DNA of 64,000 nucleotides, from positions 36,648,437 through 36,712,436 of the forward strand of contig NC_092672.1 in the NCBI RefSeq assembly GCF_964355755.1. The letters are read 5' to 3'. The notes under the pieces are model-generated. The model was not told where the DNA came from. It did not search any database and was given only the letters and a program-made list of their open reading frames with translations. This document shows, piece by piece, positions 1 through 11,437 of this stretch (within the stretch, counting starts at the first letter, position 1; each line of letters opens with the position of its first letter). Position numbers and translations under genes: made by a program. The DNA is from Antedon mediterranea. Its lineage: Eukaryota > Animalia > Echinodermata.

Positions 1-727
1 CAACTAATGACTTGAAATGCATTTGTATTTTTAATGTAAAAATGCATCCGTTTTTGTGTGTAATTTTCAAATAAGATAATTTATTATTTGAAAGGACTTA
101 TATTAAGACACTAAGCTTTTTTATTCATAGTAAAAAAAAATACGACAGTTCGCTGTTTGGTAACATTTCATGGTGGCAACACGCTTTGACCATAAGCTAT
201 ATACTACCAACTACCAATATAATATCGCATAAATAGAAAGCATGTTTCCACTGGTATAATAACGGAAGGGTCGTCACATGATACCAATTTCGTCCCATAG
301 ACAAAAGTCACGTGCCCGATAAGAGACTCATCTTTCATACATAACTTATCATAGTATAAGTCACCATTTCCTAACGATGTGATATCCCTATATTATTACC
401 GTTACGGGACTTGCTTTGCCCGTATGGTTGTGTAGGGCTATGCGGTAAATTGAATCTGTGACACTTTGCAGTTGGTTGAGTAAATTGGACAGAACAGCTG
501 AGATAACTTCACTAGTAATATTTACATCAAAAAGAAAGGTATGAGATAGGTGAATAGTATTGCAAAAGACGGAGAACTAGAGTTGGTATGTCTTCCGTTA
601 ACACTTCTAGGCCTACTGTACATACATACACACCTGAATTAACCGGAGGGCTAAATAGTTAAGAAATCATCCTCTTGAACTCGTACGAATGTATCTTAAC
701 TGATCACGTGTTTAATATGTTTTAACA

Positions 728-895
728 AGTTCTGTGTACACTATCAAACTAGTGTGACAACAAAGTTGAATGAAACCCAAATAATATGGTAGTGATATGT
801 CTAAATATGGTAGTGATATGACATCATTATGTCCGTATATGGGCACATCACATTTTTTTTTTGTCACATAAAAGTTTTATAGTGTAGACAGAGCT
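728..895. mobile_element. MITE family A (PIF/Harbinger/Tourist-like)
   Basis: TIR consensus AGCTCTGTCTACACTATCAAACT, TAA/TTA flanks and an internal 21-bp ATCACTACCATATTTGGGCAT unit. Further approximate or partial copies not listed separately: 2704-2819, 3284-3392, 10387-10520, 20840-20961, 36165-36310, 40814-40921, 41171-41270, 47685-47789, 48078-48218, 48585-48633, 62878-62954. Confidence 0.85.
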
Positions 896-1730
896 TTACA
901 GTGTTCCCCTCTTCCAATATTATAGGCTTATACGTTAAATAAATAAGTTTGAGTCTGATCATTTGGAGATTCCTTTTCACTTACATTTCGAAGATTCTGT
1001 TCCTTATTTTAAATACTATTTCACATTTGTTATTATATAAAGACAACTGAATATTACGCAAGTAAATATAAACAAAATACGGAAGAACATCATGTTAAAT
1101 CGTATGGTAAAACGTCCTTTTCTTTTCTCTCCCTCATACAAGGAAGAGCGACATACATAGCAGCATGAAGTTGAAATCGCTTGACAATTTTGAATCTAAA
1201 ATGTAGGCCTATACAATATTGATTTAAAATTGGCTTACACCATTCGCGTCAGTTTACAAAAAAACATTATATTGCAATTGGATTTTCTCTGGTAATAGAA
1301 TCTTTATATAATATAATTTATGACATTTTTTGTCTATTATGGATTTCACAGTGAAGGTATTAACGCACATTACATCGACAATAATTATATCGCAATAACT
1401 TTTAGAAAAATTCAACCTCGTTTCGCTAACGTTACAAGTAAATTACTTCGGAAATATTATAATTTGACCACTACCATTAGTTTTATATGATAATATGACC
1501 ACTGGAACTCGTTAAGCCACTTATTATGACTTGTATTGTTTTATAATGAGATATAACATATTGTTCCAGTTCTGTTATAATTGTGTTTTGAATAGAATTA
1601 ACTTATAATATGCTACAGTAATTGAGATCAAGTTAATCGTCTAAAGATTAAACTAATTCGCATTATTGCGGCCAATACACAGCTTAAAAAACAAATGTTC
1701 AAACAAAACAAACAACCATGTTGAACGCTG

Positions 1731-1855
1731 AACAAGGCGATATACATGGCTGCAGTCGCAAATTTGAGTCAGTGTTTACCGACCGACCAACTGACCAACC
1801 AACCAACCGACCGACATAGTGAGCTGTTAAAGTCGCGTTTGCACCTGACTAAAAA
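1731..1855 (-). mobile_element. Short DINE-1/HINE-like (Helentron-associated) non-autonomous element
   Basis: Minus strand reads TTTTTAGTC..GCGACT (5' inverted repeat), a (GTCG/GTTG)n microsatellite, a second GCGACT, and ends CCTTGTT. A related copy lies at 58061-58140. Confidence 0.65.
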
Positions 1856-3544
1856 TGGACCATTAACAATACCGTAATAACACACTTTCTAGTTGCATCA
1901 TACTCATTTTGAAAGTAATCAATCAGGACTAATAATAAATAAATATTGTTTAGTTCATAACTATAGTGCCCTACACACAATATTAGGCTCAACATTTATG
2001 AGAAAAGGGCTGCGGATTCCAAAAACTCTATATGGCTGTTTTACTTTATCTTTTTGCATAAGTTATATTCAGCATCATACTCTTTAGAAAGTATCTTTTA
2101 GTACTAGTGATAAGTAAATATTGATATTGTTCAGTTCGTGTAATAGTTAACTATCGTTCTATAAAAACAAAATATTAGGCTTAACGTCACAGATTGATGA
2201 GACTGAGAAAAGGGCTATGGCTTGAACAAATTGTACGATGAAATCTAATGTTAAACCAACCTCCAATACAACCACCATAATTGCCTTCAATCGCAGAATT
2301 AATAAATCCTTTTGCGTATTTGTATATCCATTGAGATCCAGCCACTGATGCATTGTCATTTTTTTTACACTAGTTTTTCTTTGGATTTAATTTAATTACA
2401 TCTGTTAAGTATGATTACTGACCAACACATTAAGACTAAGTATTAAGCAAACTTCCTAAATGTCTTCAAGTCCATAATTGTACATTTAACACATTCCTCT
2501 CTTTCTTATTTAATGGCAAATTGTACGATCTGTGGTGACAAGATTTAAATGATTTCAGACACACTGGTGTCAATAAACGACGCGTATGAATATTCTCCAT
2601 AGAGTTTAAGAGTATACATTTTGACAACAAACTGGACACATTAAACACATGCACACAACATAATTAAAAAAACTTGCTAAAAATTGCTAAACGCTTCGCT
2701 TTAAACTCTGTCTATACTATCAAACTTTTGACCAAAAAAAATGTCATGTGCCCAAATATGGTAGTGATATGGCATAATCATTAATCATAATGTTTGATAG
2801 TGTAGACAGAAGTAGAGCTTAAGATTGTTTTGATAAAATGTATACGTTAATTGCTATACAGTTTTCTTAAGAAACATATTCTGTTACAAGATTTGTAATT
2901 TGTTTTTTTAATAAGGGAATAAAATCGCGTCTTAATTAAGAAACCAATAAGTGTATATATTTTAATGTTCATATACAACGATTATTTTGATTTTAAAAAT
3001 TAGATAAAAGTATCGATGTTAGTATAGTATAGATCGTCATAATTTTTTTTCTCATGGCATTTGTCTAGCCGCTCTCAGTGGTATCCAGAGTGTTATTTCC
3101 AGAATGTCATTCAAATTAAGACAAATAAATGACGGTGCGGAATTGTTAAAATCTAGAGGCTCATGTGATCACATGTATGAGTTTATGTTTCGGGAAAATA
3201 CAAGTTGTCCTACCGTATTTAAAAAACAAGACGCAAGATCACACATCAATTATTGCATTCACCGCAACATTTGCAACATTTAAAGCTCTGTCTACACTTT
3301 GTGATGTGCCCATATATGGACATGATGATGTCATAATGTATAACTACCATATTTGGGCAAATCTGTAACTTTTATGATAGTGTAGACAGAGCGCTAGGCC
3401 TGCCATTTCATCCTCCATTCATGAAATCGAAACCATTCTGATTGTCATTTAGTCCTGCCTATATTTTCTATTGTTATAATTGTATTATTTTTAAGGTAAT
3501 TTGTCTTGTCCAAATGTTGATGAAAACATTTTCTCCTCGGTGTC

Positions 3545-3653
3545 TGACTATACAAATGTCACATGTGTGACTATACAAATGTCACATGTGTGACTATACA
3601 AATGTCACATGTGTGACTATACAAATGTCACATGTGTGACTATACAAATGTCA
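3545..3653. repeat. Perfect 23-bp minisatellite, about 4.7 copies
   Basis: TGACTATACAAATGTCACATGTG starts at 3545, 3568, 3591, 3614 and 3637. Confidence 0.95.
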
Positions 3654-5460
3654 GGTGCTTAGTACGTTTCAACAGCTAACTACACAGCTGGTTAAGTATT
3701 GTTTATTTTCATATTCTTACATTAATAAGTATGAGAACGTAAAGTGAGTATCTTTTCAAATCTCTTCCAACCTGCACAACTCACTACCGATTACTCATAC
3801 TTTGATCATCATCATCATTTTCTTCTGAAGGTAACGAACCGTAAATGTGTCATCCACTGATAGCAAACAACTTAAATTACGTAGGTACTACTTTAAAAAT
3901 AATTATGACAATATTAATCATCTTGTTTTATATAAAATAACACATACGATGAAGACTATTGATTGATTACTATATAATATTACACGAGAATAGAATCTTT
4001 TTATGAACTTTAAGAAAATAATTAGCTGCGCTTTGCACAATTTGGTACAGTGTAATATTAATTAAATTATAAAGTAATTTGCTAGCTTAAAATAGATAAA
4101 GTAACATTTAGAAACATTCTTGTCTGATTGGACATGACAATGAATATTAATGTTTACGAAAACATTACAAATACTATTATGTTAATTTATTTCAATTAAT
4201 TTATCTAACAACAATAATACCACTGATATTTCATTTTATGAGAAAACGATTTAAAAAAATGTATTGTTGGAAATTAAGAATACGTTACAATCTCACAGAC
4301 ACATCCGGCAGCCACATTTCAAAACAAGTACGAATTTATGCTGTACTAGTTAACTGTGGTAGCATTCATACACAAAATACACTTTTTTCATAGTTTATTT
4401 TATTTGTCCAAAAAAGTCAAAAAGTCTTTATGAATATAAATACTGTATTCTAATTATTGTTGTAATCGGACGTTTCTAGTATTTAGCATCGATAAACACG
4501 ACATCCGGGACAAACAGATGGAAAGATTGATTGTTGAAAAGATGCATGTTATTAAATGAAATGAAAGCAGTAATGACTAGGATAATATCACAAAATTAAA
4601 AGAATAAATGATATGACGATTAGTTACCGACATCTAATCAGGATAAGTAGTGTTTTTATAACCTAGATTTTAGCTATGCGCTCTAATTTGTAGCTACGGG
4701 GGTTTGATCGCTTCTGACGGCTTTTCTGCCTTTATCGTTCGGGATCTACGGCAACATGTAGCGGTGGCCAAGCTAATGAACTTAAAGTTTAGCTGCATGA
4801 ATTGCCCAAAGTCACAACCAAGCATACATTTCTTTTTTATAGAGTTGATGAGTATGTGTAATTGTTTTAAAAGTTTGCGAAGAGTAAAAGATAAAGATAC
4901 TCTTGGTTCGAGTTCAAATTACATAACAAAGTTATGGATTATGCGAACAGTCTCTTTACTCTTTGTAACGAGATTTATACCAGTCACTTGAATGAAAACT
5001 AAAGTTGGAAAAGAGACAATCTAAAAGATAAATACCAGGATTGAATTCAGCCATACTAATCTGATAGATTAGAAAAAAATAACAAGATATGTTATTATTC
5101 AATCAATCTATGTTGCATTGTTATCGTAATAAGTTACGATCTAATCGATTTAATCTACAACTTACAAATTGAGTTGTCATCTATTAATTGGTGAGAGGTA
5201 TAATTGTATAAGAGATATAGAAAGAAATATGAATTATAGATTTATAAATATATACACAGTCCGGTGAGGATTACATGACTTTGTAAGAGACGAAACTTAC
5301 CATCAGTTTGGCGGTTTTTTTTGTACTTTACAAATAGCTTTGATCGCAAGTGGAAAGAGTTTTAGTAAAACATCGATATCACAAATTGTAACTTGGCCTT
5401 TTGACACCCGGCCCATAATTGGAAATTAGAATTGGAAATAAAAAGACAATATTGTAATTG

Positions 5461-5533
5461 TTCTCGGGTGGGACGCGAACCCACGACCTCCAGATCACTA
5501 GCCTGGCGTTCATACCTCTAGACCACCCAGCTT
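5461..5533 (-). pseudogene. tRNA-derived sequence (tRNA-Thr(AGT)-like SINE head or tRNA pseudogene)
   Basis: A-box-like TGGTCTAGAGG, anticodon arm CCAGG-CTAGTGA-TCTGG, T arm GTGGG-TTCGCGT-CCCAC. The acceptor stem pairs only about 4 of 7 positions, so it is unlikely to be a functional tRNA. Confidence 0.7.
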
Positions 5534-5748
5534 GCGCTGATGGCTAGTGGTTAGATTCGAGTCTAAGTAAGCAGCGGGTACTGTACCAACAAGATTGTAA
5601 TTGTAGTTTTTCGTCAGGGAGTTAAGTAATTAGATGTTTTGCCCTACTCTGACGTAATTTGTACTTTATAATAAGTACATTTGAGAATACTTGCGAAAAA
5701 AAAAAATGAATGGAAAATGTGATAAAAAGAAATTAATAAGATATATAC

Positions 5749-5904
5749 CTTCACTTAAAACTTCATACGTGTCTGCAGACTTAAAGAATTTCAAATGATA
5801 AGAAAATGTAATGTTGGCTAGAATATTCTTGCTTTCATTTATCTGTTGTGCAGCTAATTCTACTATATCTCGTTCTTTTTGTGTTGGATCTTCTAACATT
5901 ACTC
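5749..5904 (-). CDS. Second coding exon: start of LIVBP/ANF-receptor-type N-terminal domain (iGluR, kainate/AMPA-like)
   Basis: Acceptor ttttttttcag|GA, donor GAAG|gtatat; 156 nt, phase 1-1. The spliced peptide IYIGVMLEDPTQKERDIVELAAQQINESKNILANITFSYHLKFFKSADTYEVLSE fits the IG...E....A...IN....IL.N..(L/F).Y pattern of iGluR amino-terminal domains. A receptor guanylyl cyclase or class C GPCR cannot be excluded from this fragment. Confidence 0.8.
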
Positions 5905-6532
5905 CTGAAAAAAAAAAGTGAAAACGTAATGAGTTAAGACACATAGACAGGTAAACTTTATTATAATAAAAAGAACATTACATTTTATGTAGGCTGCAAT
6001 CTGTCGTCACATTTCGTACTTATAGATGTAAGAATCGACTAACGACCCTGAAGATGAAATGGAAAATATGGGCATATTTTACGATGCTCGTGCTGCTTTA
6101 CCGCTGACGAAAACGAAGTGGAGTCAGGCCTAGCCTATCATCCATCTTGTTTCAAACTTTTATATTTTATAATAAGCAATACAAACATACCCAGAGCTTT
6201 ACTTAAATACTATAATATTAATTCATATTTATTCATTTTTAATTTGACCTTGTATTTGACCTTGTATTTGACCTTGTATTTGGTTGCTTGAGATTAGTCA
6301 AATCCACAATCCATGTTCTGGAACATTGTAAATTATAATTATAATTTCATTGCTTCTAATAAAAATCATTATAAATGTCAACACAGTAATGCATCGAATC
6401 ACTAAGCGATTTAAAACAGGCAGTTAGGATTTAGGGATAAGCAGATGAAATCATTACTTTAACGGAGAAAACTACTGAAATCGTTCTACGCGAAGCAAAC
6501 AACAATACAAAAAGTGAATGTGATCTTCTGAA

Positions 6533-6688
6533 CATGCGCAGAATGTGTCAGGATGTTGATGAGTGTGCGCACTCGATTGTGTCAGCATGTTGATGAGAGT
6601 GCGCAGAATGTGTCAAAATGTTGATGAGTGTGCGCACTCGAACGTGTCAGAATGTTGATGAGAGTGCGCACTCGAATGTGTCAGTATG
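6533..6688. repeat. Diverged ~30-34-bp minisatellite, about 5 copies
   Basis: Recurring GTGCGCA(CTC)GAATGTGTCAG.ATGTTGATGAG. Confidence 0.9.
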
Positions 6689-8113
6689 TATCACAAAACT
6701 CGTTATAGATAGTTTATTTTGGTGAAATAAAGAGACAATGGACTGATAGATTATCGACTCGAAGGCTCTTTATTGCCACGGCTTCCATACTCCTTCGGCA
6801 TTAATCGATAGGCCTACAAATCACGACACACTCACGTCGATGCAAATCCTTCCCCAGGTGTATAAGACAATTAACTCGATGACCACCGGTTATAACTTAG
6901 GCCTTCCTTCAAACCAACTTGTAAATATTGTATTAGGATTATATGTAAACAATCACATCAAATGCTGATTCTTTAATTTAACCATGGAGCTATACAACTA
7001 ATCTTATAGCTCCGTGATTTAACATCACTCAACTCATTAACTGAAATACACTGAAATTTATGGTTTAAATTTGCTATTTGGCGTTAATTTAAAGGACAAT
7101 TAATGACATCATGGTTAAGGTTGTTTTTTTTTCTTTTCGATTAACCATCAACTATCGCTAATAATGACACTAATTAAACCGAATAAAACATTTTTGCGAC
7201 CCGGTCCAGATTGCTTAATAGAAATTTCACTGTTTGTTAGTTTATAAACATTTCAGTTAATGCAGTTAAATCCTGTTATATACCGTAACTAAAAAGTACT
7301 GCTGCCAAAGAAAATACGATCCGTGATTTAGTCGCGAGTAACACGCCGACCCGGCACGATAGTAGTATGTGTTACTATAACACACGCAAATCCAAGCCCT
7401 CGGCTAGAATAGCTGTTAAAAAAAACACAACACACGATTGAACATATTGAAGATATTCTATAATCTACTTTTTCCTGTAATTTTGTTCTTTGATGACTTT
7501 TTGTTTTGTCGTCAACTATGTTAACATGTTTACGTTTTCCAAACTATCTTTCCAATAACTTGACAACACTACAATTCATTCATTTTCGCTGTCTTTTTTT
7601 TCACAAAAACAGTACTAGCGAAAATAAAAGGGTGATCTATGAAATCTATGTAAAACTATTATAATAAATATTATAACCTCAGGCCAATACAAATAATACA
7701 TAAAAGTAAATATGCGGAACTCAATGCTTAGAGTAGAATGGATATACGGTACTTGAGGATGCATGGAAAAAGAGTTTATACAGCAAGGGAAATTTGACAA
7801 CATACACAGAGCAGTCATGATTAGTTTTTTCTGACGTAAGTCTTTAATTTAATATAAATAAATTGTATATACATGTAGGATATACGATATCCTGTTTGAC
7901 AAATATTTACACAAACCTTTCTTTTTTTTCATCAAACCTCATCAAATTGTGGTCCTTTAAAGTTATGTATCAACACCACTAATCAGGCTGTGTAACCTAG
8001 TTTCTTTCATAGTCTCTTTTTCCAGAATGATAACATTATCTATCTAATGAGAAGGGGTCTGGCCCAGGGAGGCAAACAAAATACCAACACCGCCTCAATT
8101 TCCAGACAGTACG

Positions 8114-8312
8114 GTATGGAACGCCGAATCCATTATTGTCAATTATAGCTTGGCAGACTGAACACCTAAAGTCGTCGTAAGGCCTTTAACATCAGCATCA
8201 GTATGGAACGCCGAATCCATTACTGTCACTTACAGCTTGGCAGACCGAACACCCAAAGTCGTCCAAAGACCTAATCACCATTAGTATGGAACGCCGAATT
8301 CAATAACTGTCA
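8114..8312. repeat. Diverged ~85-bp tandem repeat, about 2.4 copies
   Basis: GTATGGAACGCCGAAT at 8114, 8201 and 8284; the first two units share downstream AGCTTGGCAGAC.GAACACC.AAAGTCGTC. Confidence 0.9.
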
Positions 8313-9734
8313 ACGATGTCCCAATTTGTAGACATCATGATTTTCAGATGTGACGGCGGACAGCAAAGCCTGAAATAGGCCCAATATTGCCAACCGCTAT
8401 CATGTACGATACGATCTCTTATATAACACCAGCCTCTCCCTGTAGCTACATACATTTGTTGATGTTTTTCTTTAGTTTCTATGACATGATTAATTTCATT
8501 ATTTTTTTTTTTTAGCGTAATTGGTAACTTGATGTTTTGAATGTGCTAACGGCATTTACTCGTTATGATTCTTCCTCAGACTTGGTAATAATGTTCAGCT
8601 TCTTTTTTTTTTCTTGACAGATCAGTTTCCTAACTTGTAGTACGAGACAAACACTGATTAATTAAACTATGTCACGTTTGCCTTTTACGTTGAGAAGACT
8701 ATATAGAGGCTTATATGACTACGACTGCCTGATTAATTTACTTAGGCCTATGTATACAAGGACCCCCTTAAATGCGATCTTCATTGTGTCACTAATGATA
8801 AGATCCGCAATAATCTTCAGATGGTTGAAATATAGGCCTAGTTTTTTTTTATGCAGGAAAAAAAATAGACGTACATGTGATCGTTCGTTAGTGACAGCAC
8901 GAGAAAGATTAACGACGACGCGCGTACAAAATGTGATATAAGACTTTAAAATCTAAACGGACTTGACAAACAAAGCGTTATGAGTGGAAACGAAGTGTTA
9001 AGCGGGTAGGATAGGTAAAATACAGTGTTTAACTGGGATATTGTGTAGTAACATATTTGGTTCCGTGTGTTATGTTGGTAGGCCTATAACATTCAGAACA
9101 AATTACGCGTTGTTTAAAGTAACGATCGGTACATTTTATCGGCTGTTCAACAATTGCATCCGACACGTGACTTTTACTCTAATACGATCAATAATATAAA
9201 ATTATATAAGTTTTAAAATACATTTTATAAGGAAATCCTAATGTTTATTTTCAACCCAAAATAGAAAAGAAACAAATTAGTTGGGTTTAGGGTATTTTCT
9301 CGATCCGTTGGTTCTGATCCACCTTTTAAACTTTAGGTTCGGGTTTCTTGCATATATTTCTATGCATCGAAAATGCAATAACAATAACATTAAATTAAAT
9401 ATCCACGCGCAATCACATAACCTAAGCCCACGCAATATTCTCTGATTTCTTGCAATTAATGAAATAAAAGCTTCAAATGTATGAATGATGAATGAAATGT
9501 ATGTTTGGGATCCACACATACATTAATCAATTAACTTAGTTAAGTTGAATATGGTTATAATTACCTTTCCTTATTATTGACCATCGTATGAAGTGCCGAT
9601 TTCATATTTTATTTACAATATTCGTCACCACAACGTATCATCTGACGCACTATGCGTTTACACCTTATACGGCCTTTGTACGCGCGCGTACAAGTATCTT
9701 TCCGCGTTGGTTTCAATACAAATGACCAACGTTG

Positions 9735-10274
9735 TTGTTAACGTTTTCCGTCTTCCGACATTACGCTTTCCACAATTTGTTTCCATTTTTTTCTGTTTAT
9801 GGCAGCATGGTTTGTTATTGTGTTTGTGTCTACTAGTCCTTGTAAGTCTTTCTTTATTTGATTCATCCAGTTATTTCTTGGTCTTCCTACGGGTCGATTT
9901 ACTTTCCTGTTAGTTTCCTTCATTGTTTGTTTGATTGGGGTATCATCCGGTAATCTAATTATGTGTCCATACCAGTTTAGTCTCCTTCGTTTAATTCTTT
10001 TACTCCATTCTTCTTGTTTTGTTATCTCGTATATTTTCGTGTTAAACACTCTATATCTGTTAATTTAATATCTATCATCTTTCGCAACATTTTCCTGTGA
10101 TATATATCTATACTCTCTTGTAATTTTTTGTTTAGTACCCAGAGTTCACTATTATATAAGAAAATACTTGCTATGTATGCGTCAAACAAACGGGATTTCA
10201 CGTCTATAGACATCGTTTTGTGTTCTAGCGACGACTTCAGCTTGTTATATGCCATAGCTGCTAGTGATTTTCTT
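9735..10274 (-). mobile_element. 5'-truncated RTE-clade non-LTR retrotransposon (C-terminus of RT ORF, frameshifted)
   Basis: ORFs 10022-10255 and 9738-10049 give ..FLYNSELW.. and IKRRRLNWYGHIIRL..RPVGRPRNNWMNQIKKDL..NRKKWK, typical of RTE C-termini. Flanked by CAACGTTG at 9727-9734 and 10275-10282 (candidate TSD). Confidence 0.9.
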
Positions 10275-11342
10275 CAACGTTGGTGGTCTAAAATGTTGGT
10301 TTTAGAATTATTTTTAATTGATCTGGGTTAGATTTTGACTCTGATCATGAATGCTACCATACTACATTAAATACATGCATGCCTTAAGCTTTTTCTACAC
10401 TATAAAACATTATGTGACAACAAAATGTGATGTGCCCATAGATACGATGACGTCAAATCACTACCATATTTGGGCACATTACACTTCTTTTGTCAAACTA
10501 GTTTGATAGTGTAGAGAGCTTTTTTCAACTATAAATTCCAATTTGAATAACAAACTATGCCATTTTTTACACTGGCCCTGTTTATACATTTTCTAAGCAC
10601 CCACACGGCTCATATATTGTCTGTTTGATTGATTCAACAACACAACAACAGTCGCAATATAATCCATTGAAATGTAGAAAGTTGGTGATCATTTTTAACT
10701 TAAATGAGATATAACAGCATATCGATGTCAATCTCATGAAGAGAGTTTGAACAGAATGATTGACCATCGACGACGATGAGTTATGGTCATCTAAGTTTCT
10801 GTTTAATGATGACCACATTAACAGTGGTCAGTAAACTATCGACAACAAACATGCATATTTATTAAACGAATTGTGATAGTTTTATTTCGAATTTGTGTTT
10901 TTATCCATCGTCAACAACTGCAATTAGTGACTTTTAAAAAGCGATTGTTAACTATTCAGGGAGTTTGTGAACAGTTTTATCTCTGCCTCCTGTCACTCAC
11001 ACAAGTCAACATTCTGTTTTGTTGCGATATTTCAAGTTACCGATGGGAAACAAATATTTTTTTAGTTTTCAATAAAATATCAAGCATATCTCTATTAAAA
11101 TCTAAAATATTCCTTCGAGCCATGACTGTACGTTGTCATTATCGAAAAACTAGCGGCCCCACACAAAATAGCAGTCTTAAACACAATGCCATGAAGAACT
11201 CGAAATCTAAAGCATATAGCCAAAAGCAATTGGGATTCAACACACTTGGTTGCCATTAGAGGACGCAACGCAAGAGAACGAACGCGTAACATAATTGGCC
11301 AATCGCAAAAGATATTTTGCACATTCTTGCGTTGCGCCCTAA

Positions 11343-11437
11343 AGCTTGGTTCCCACTAGGACGCATCACAAGGACGTAAACACAACATGAGTTTAACAAA
11401 TTACGTCGTTGCGTTGCGTCCAAGTGGGAACCAAGCT
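11343..11437. mobile_element. MITE family B (palindromic, PIF/Harbinger-like), short copy abutting another partial copy (~11245-11339)
   Basis: TIR AGCTTGGTTCCCACTAGGACGCAACGCAAGGACG. Further approximate or partial copies not listed separately: 12704-12830, 12870-13023, 19140-19293, 23826-23974, 38306-38375, 41404-41460, 51178-51249, 51856-51906, 51985-52031, 52540-52679. Confidence 0.85.

Noticed and set aside
2159-2359. Minus-strand ORF containing VSSICD as a candidate third receptor exon
   Set aside because: No convincing phase-1 acceptor or donor and no G(V/I)xA(I/V)xGP motif; the other frames are also unrecognisable.
5461-5533. Functional tRNA-Thr gene
   Set aside because: Broken acceptor stem and a non-canonical T-loop (TTCGCGT).
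6744-6960. Possible solo LTR (TG...CA with AATAAA on the minus strand)
   Set aside because: No target-site duplication and no second copy in the window.
8114-8312. CRISPR-like repeat-spacer appearance
   Set aside because: The intervening sequences are homologous to each other, the context is eukaryotic and there are no cas genes.
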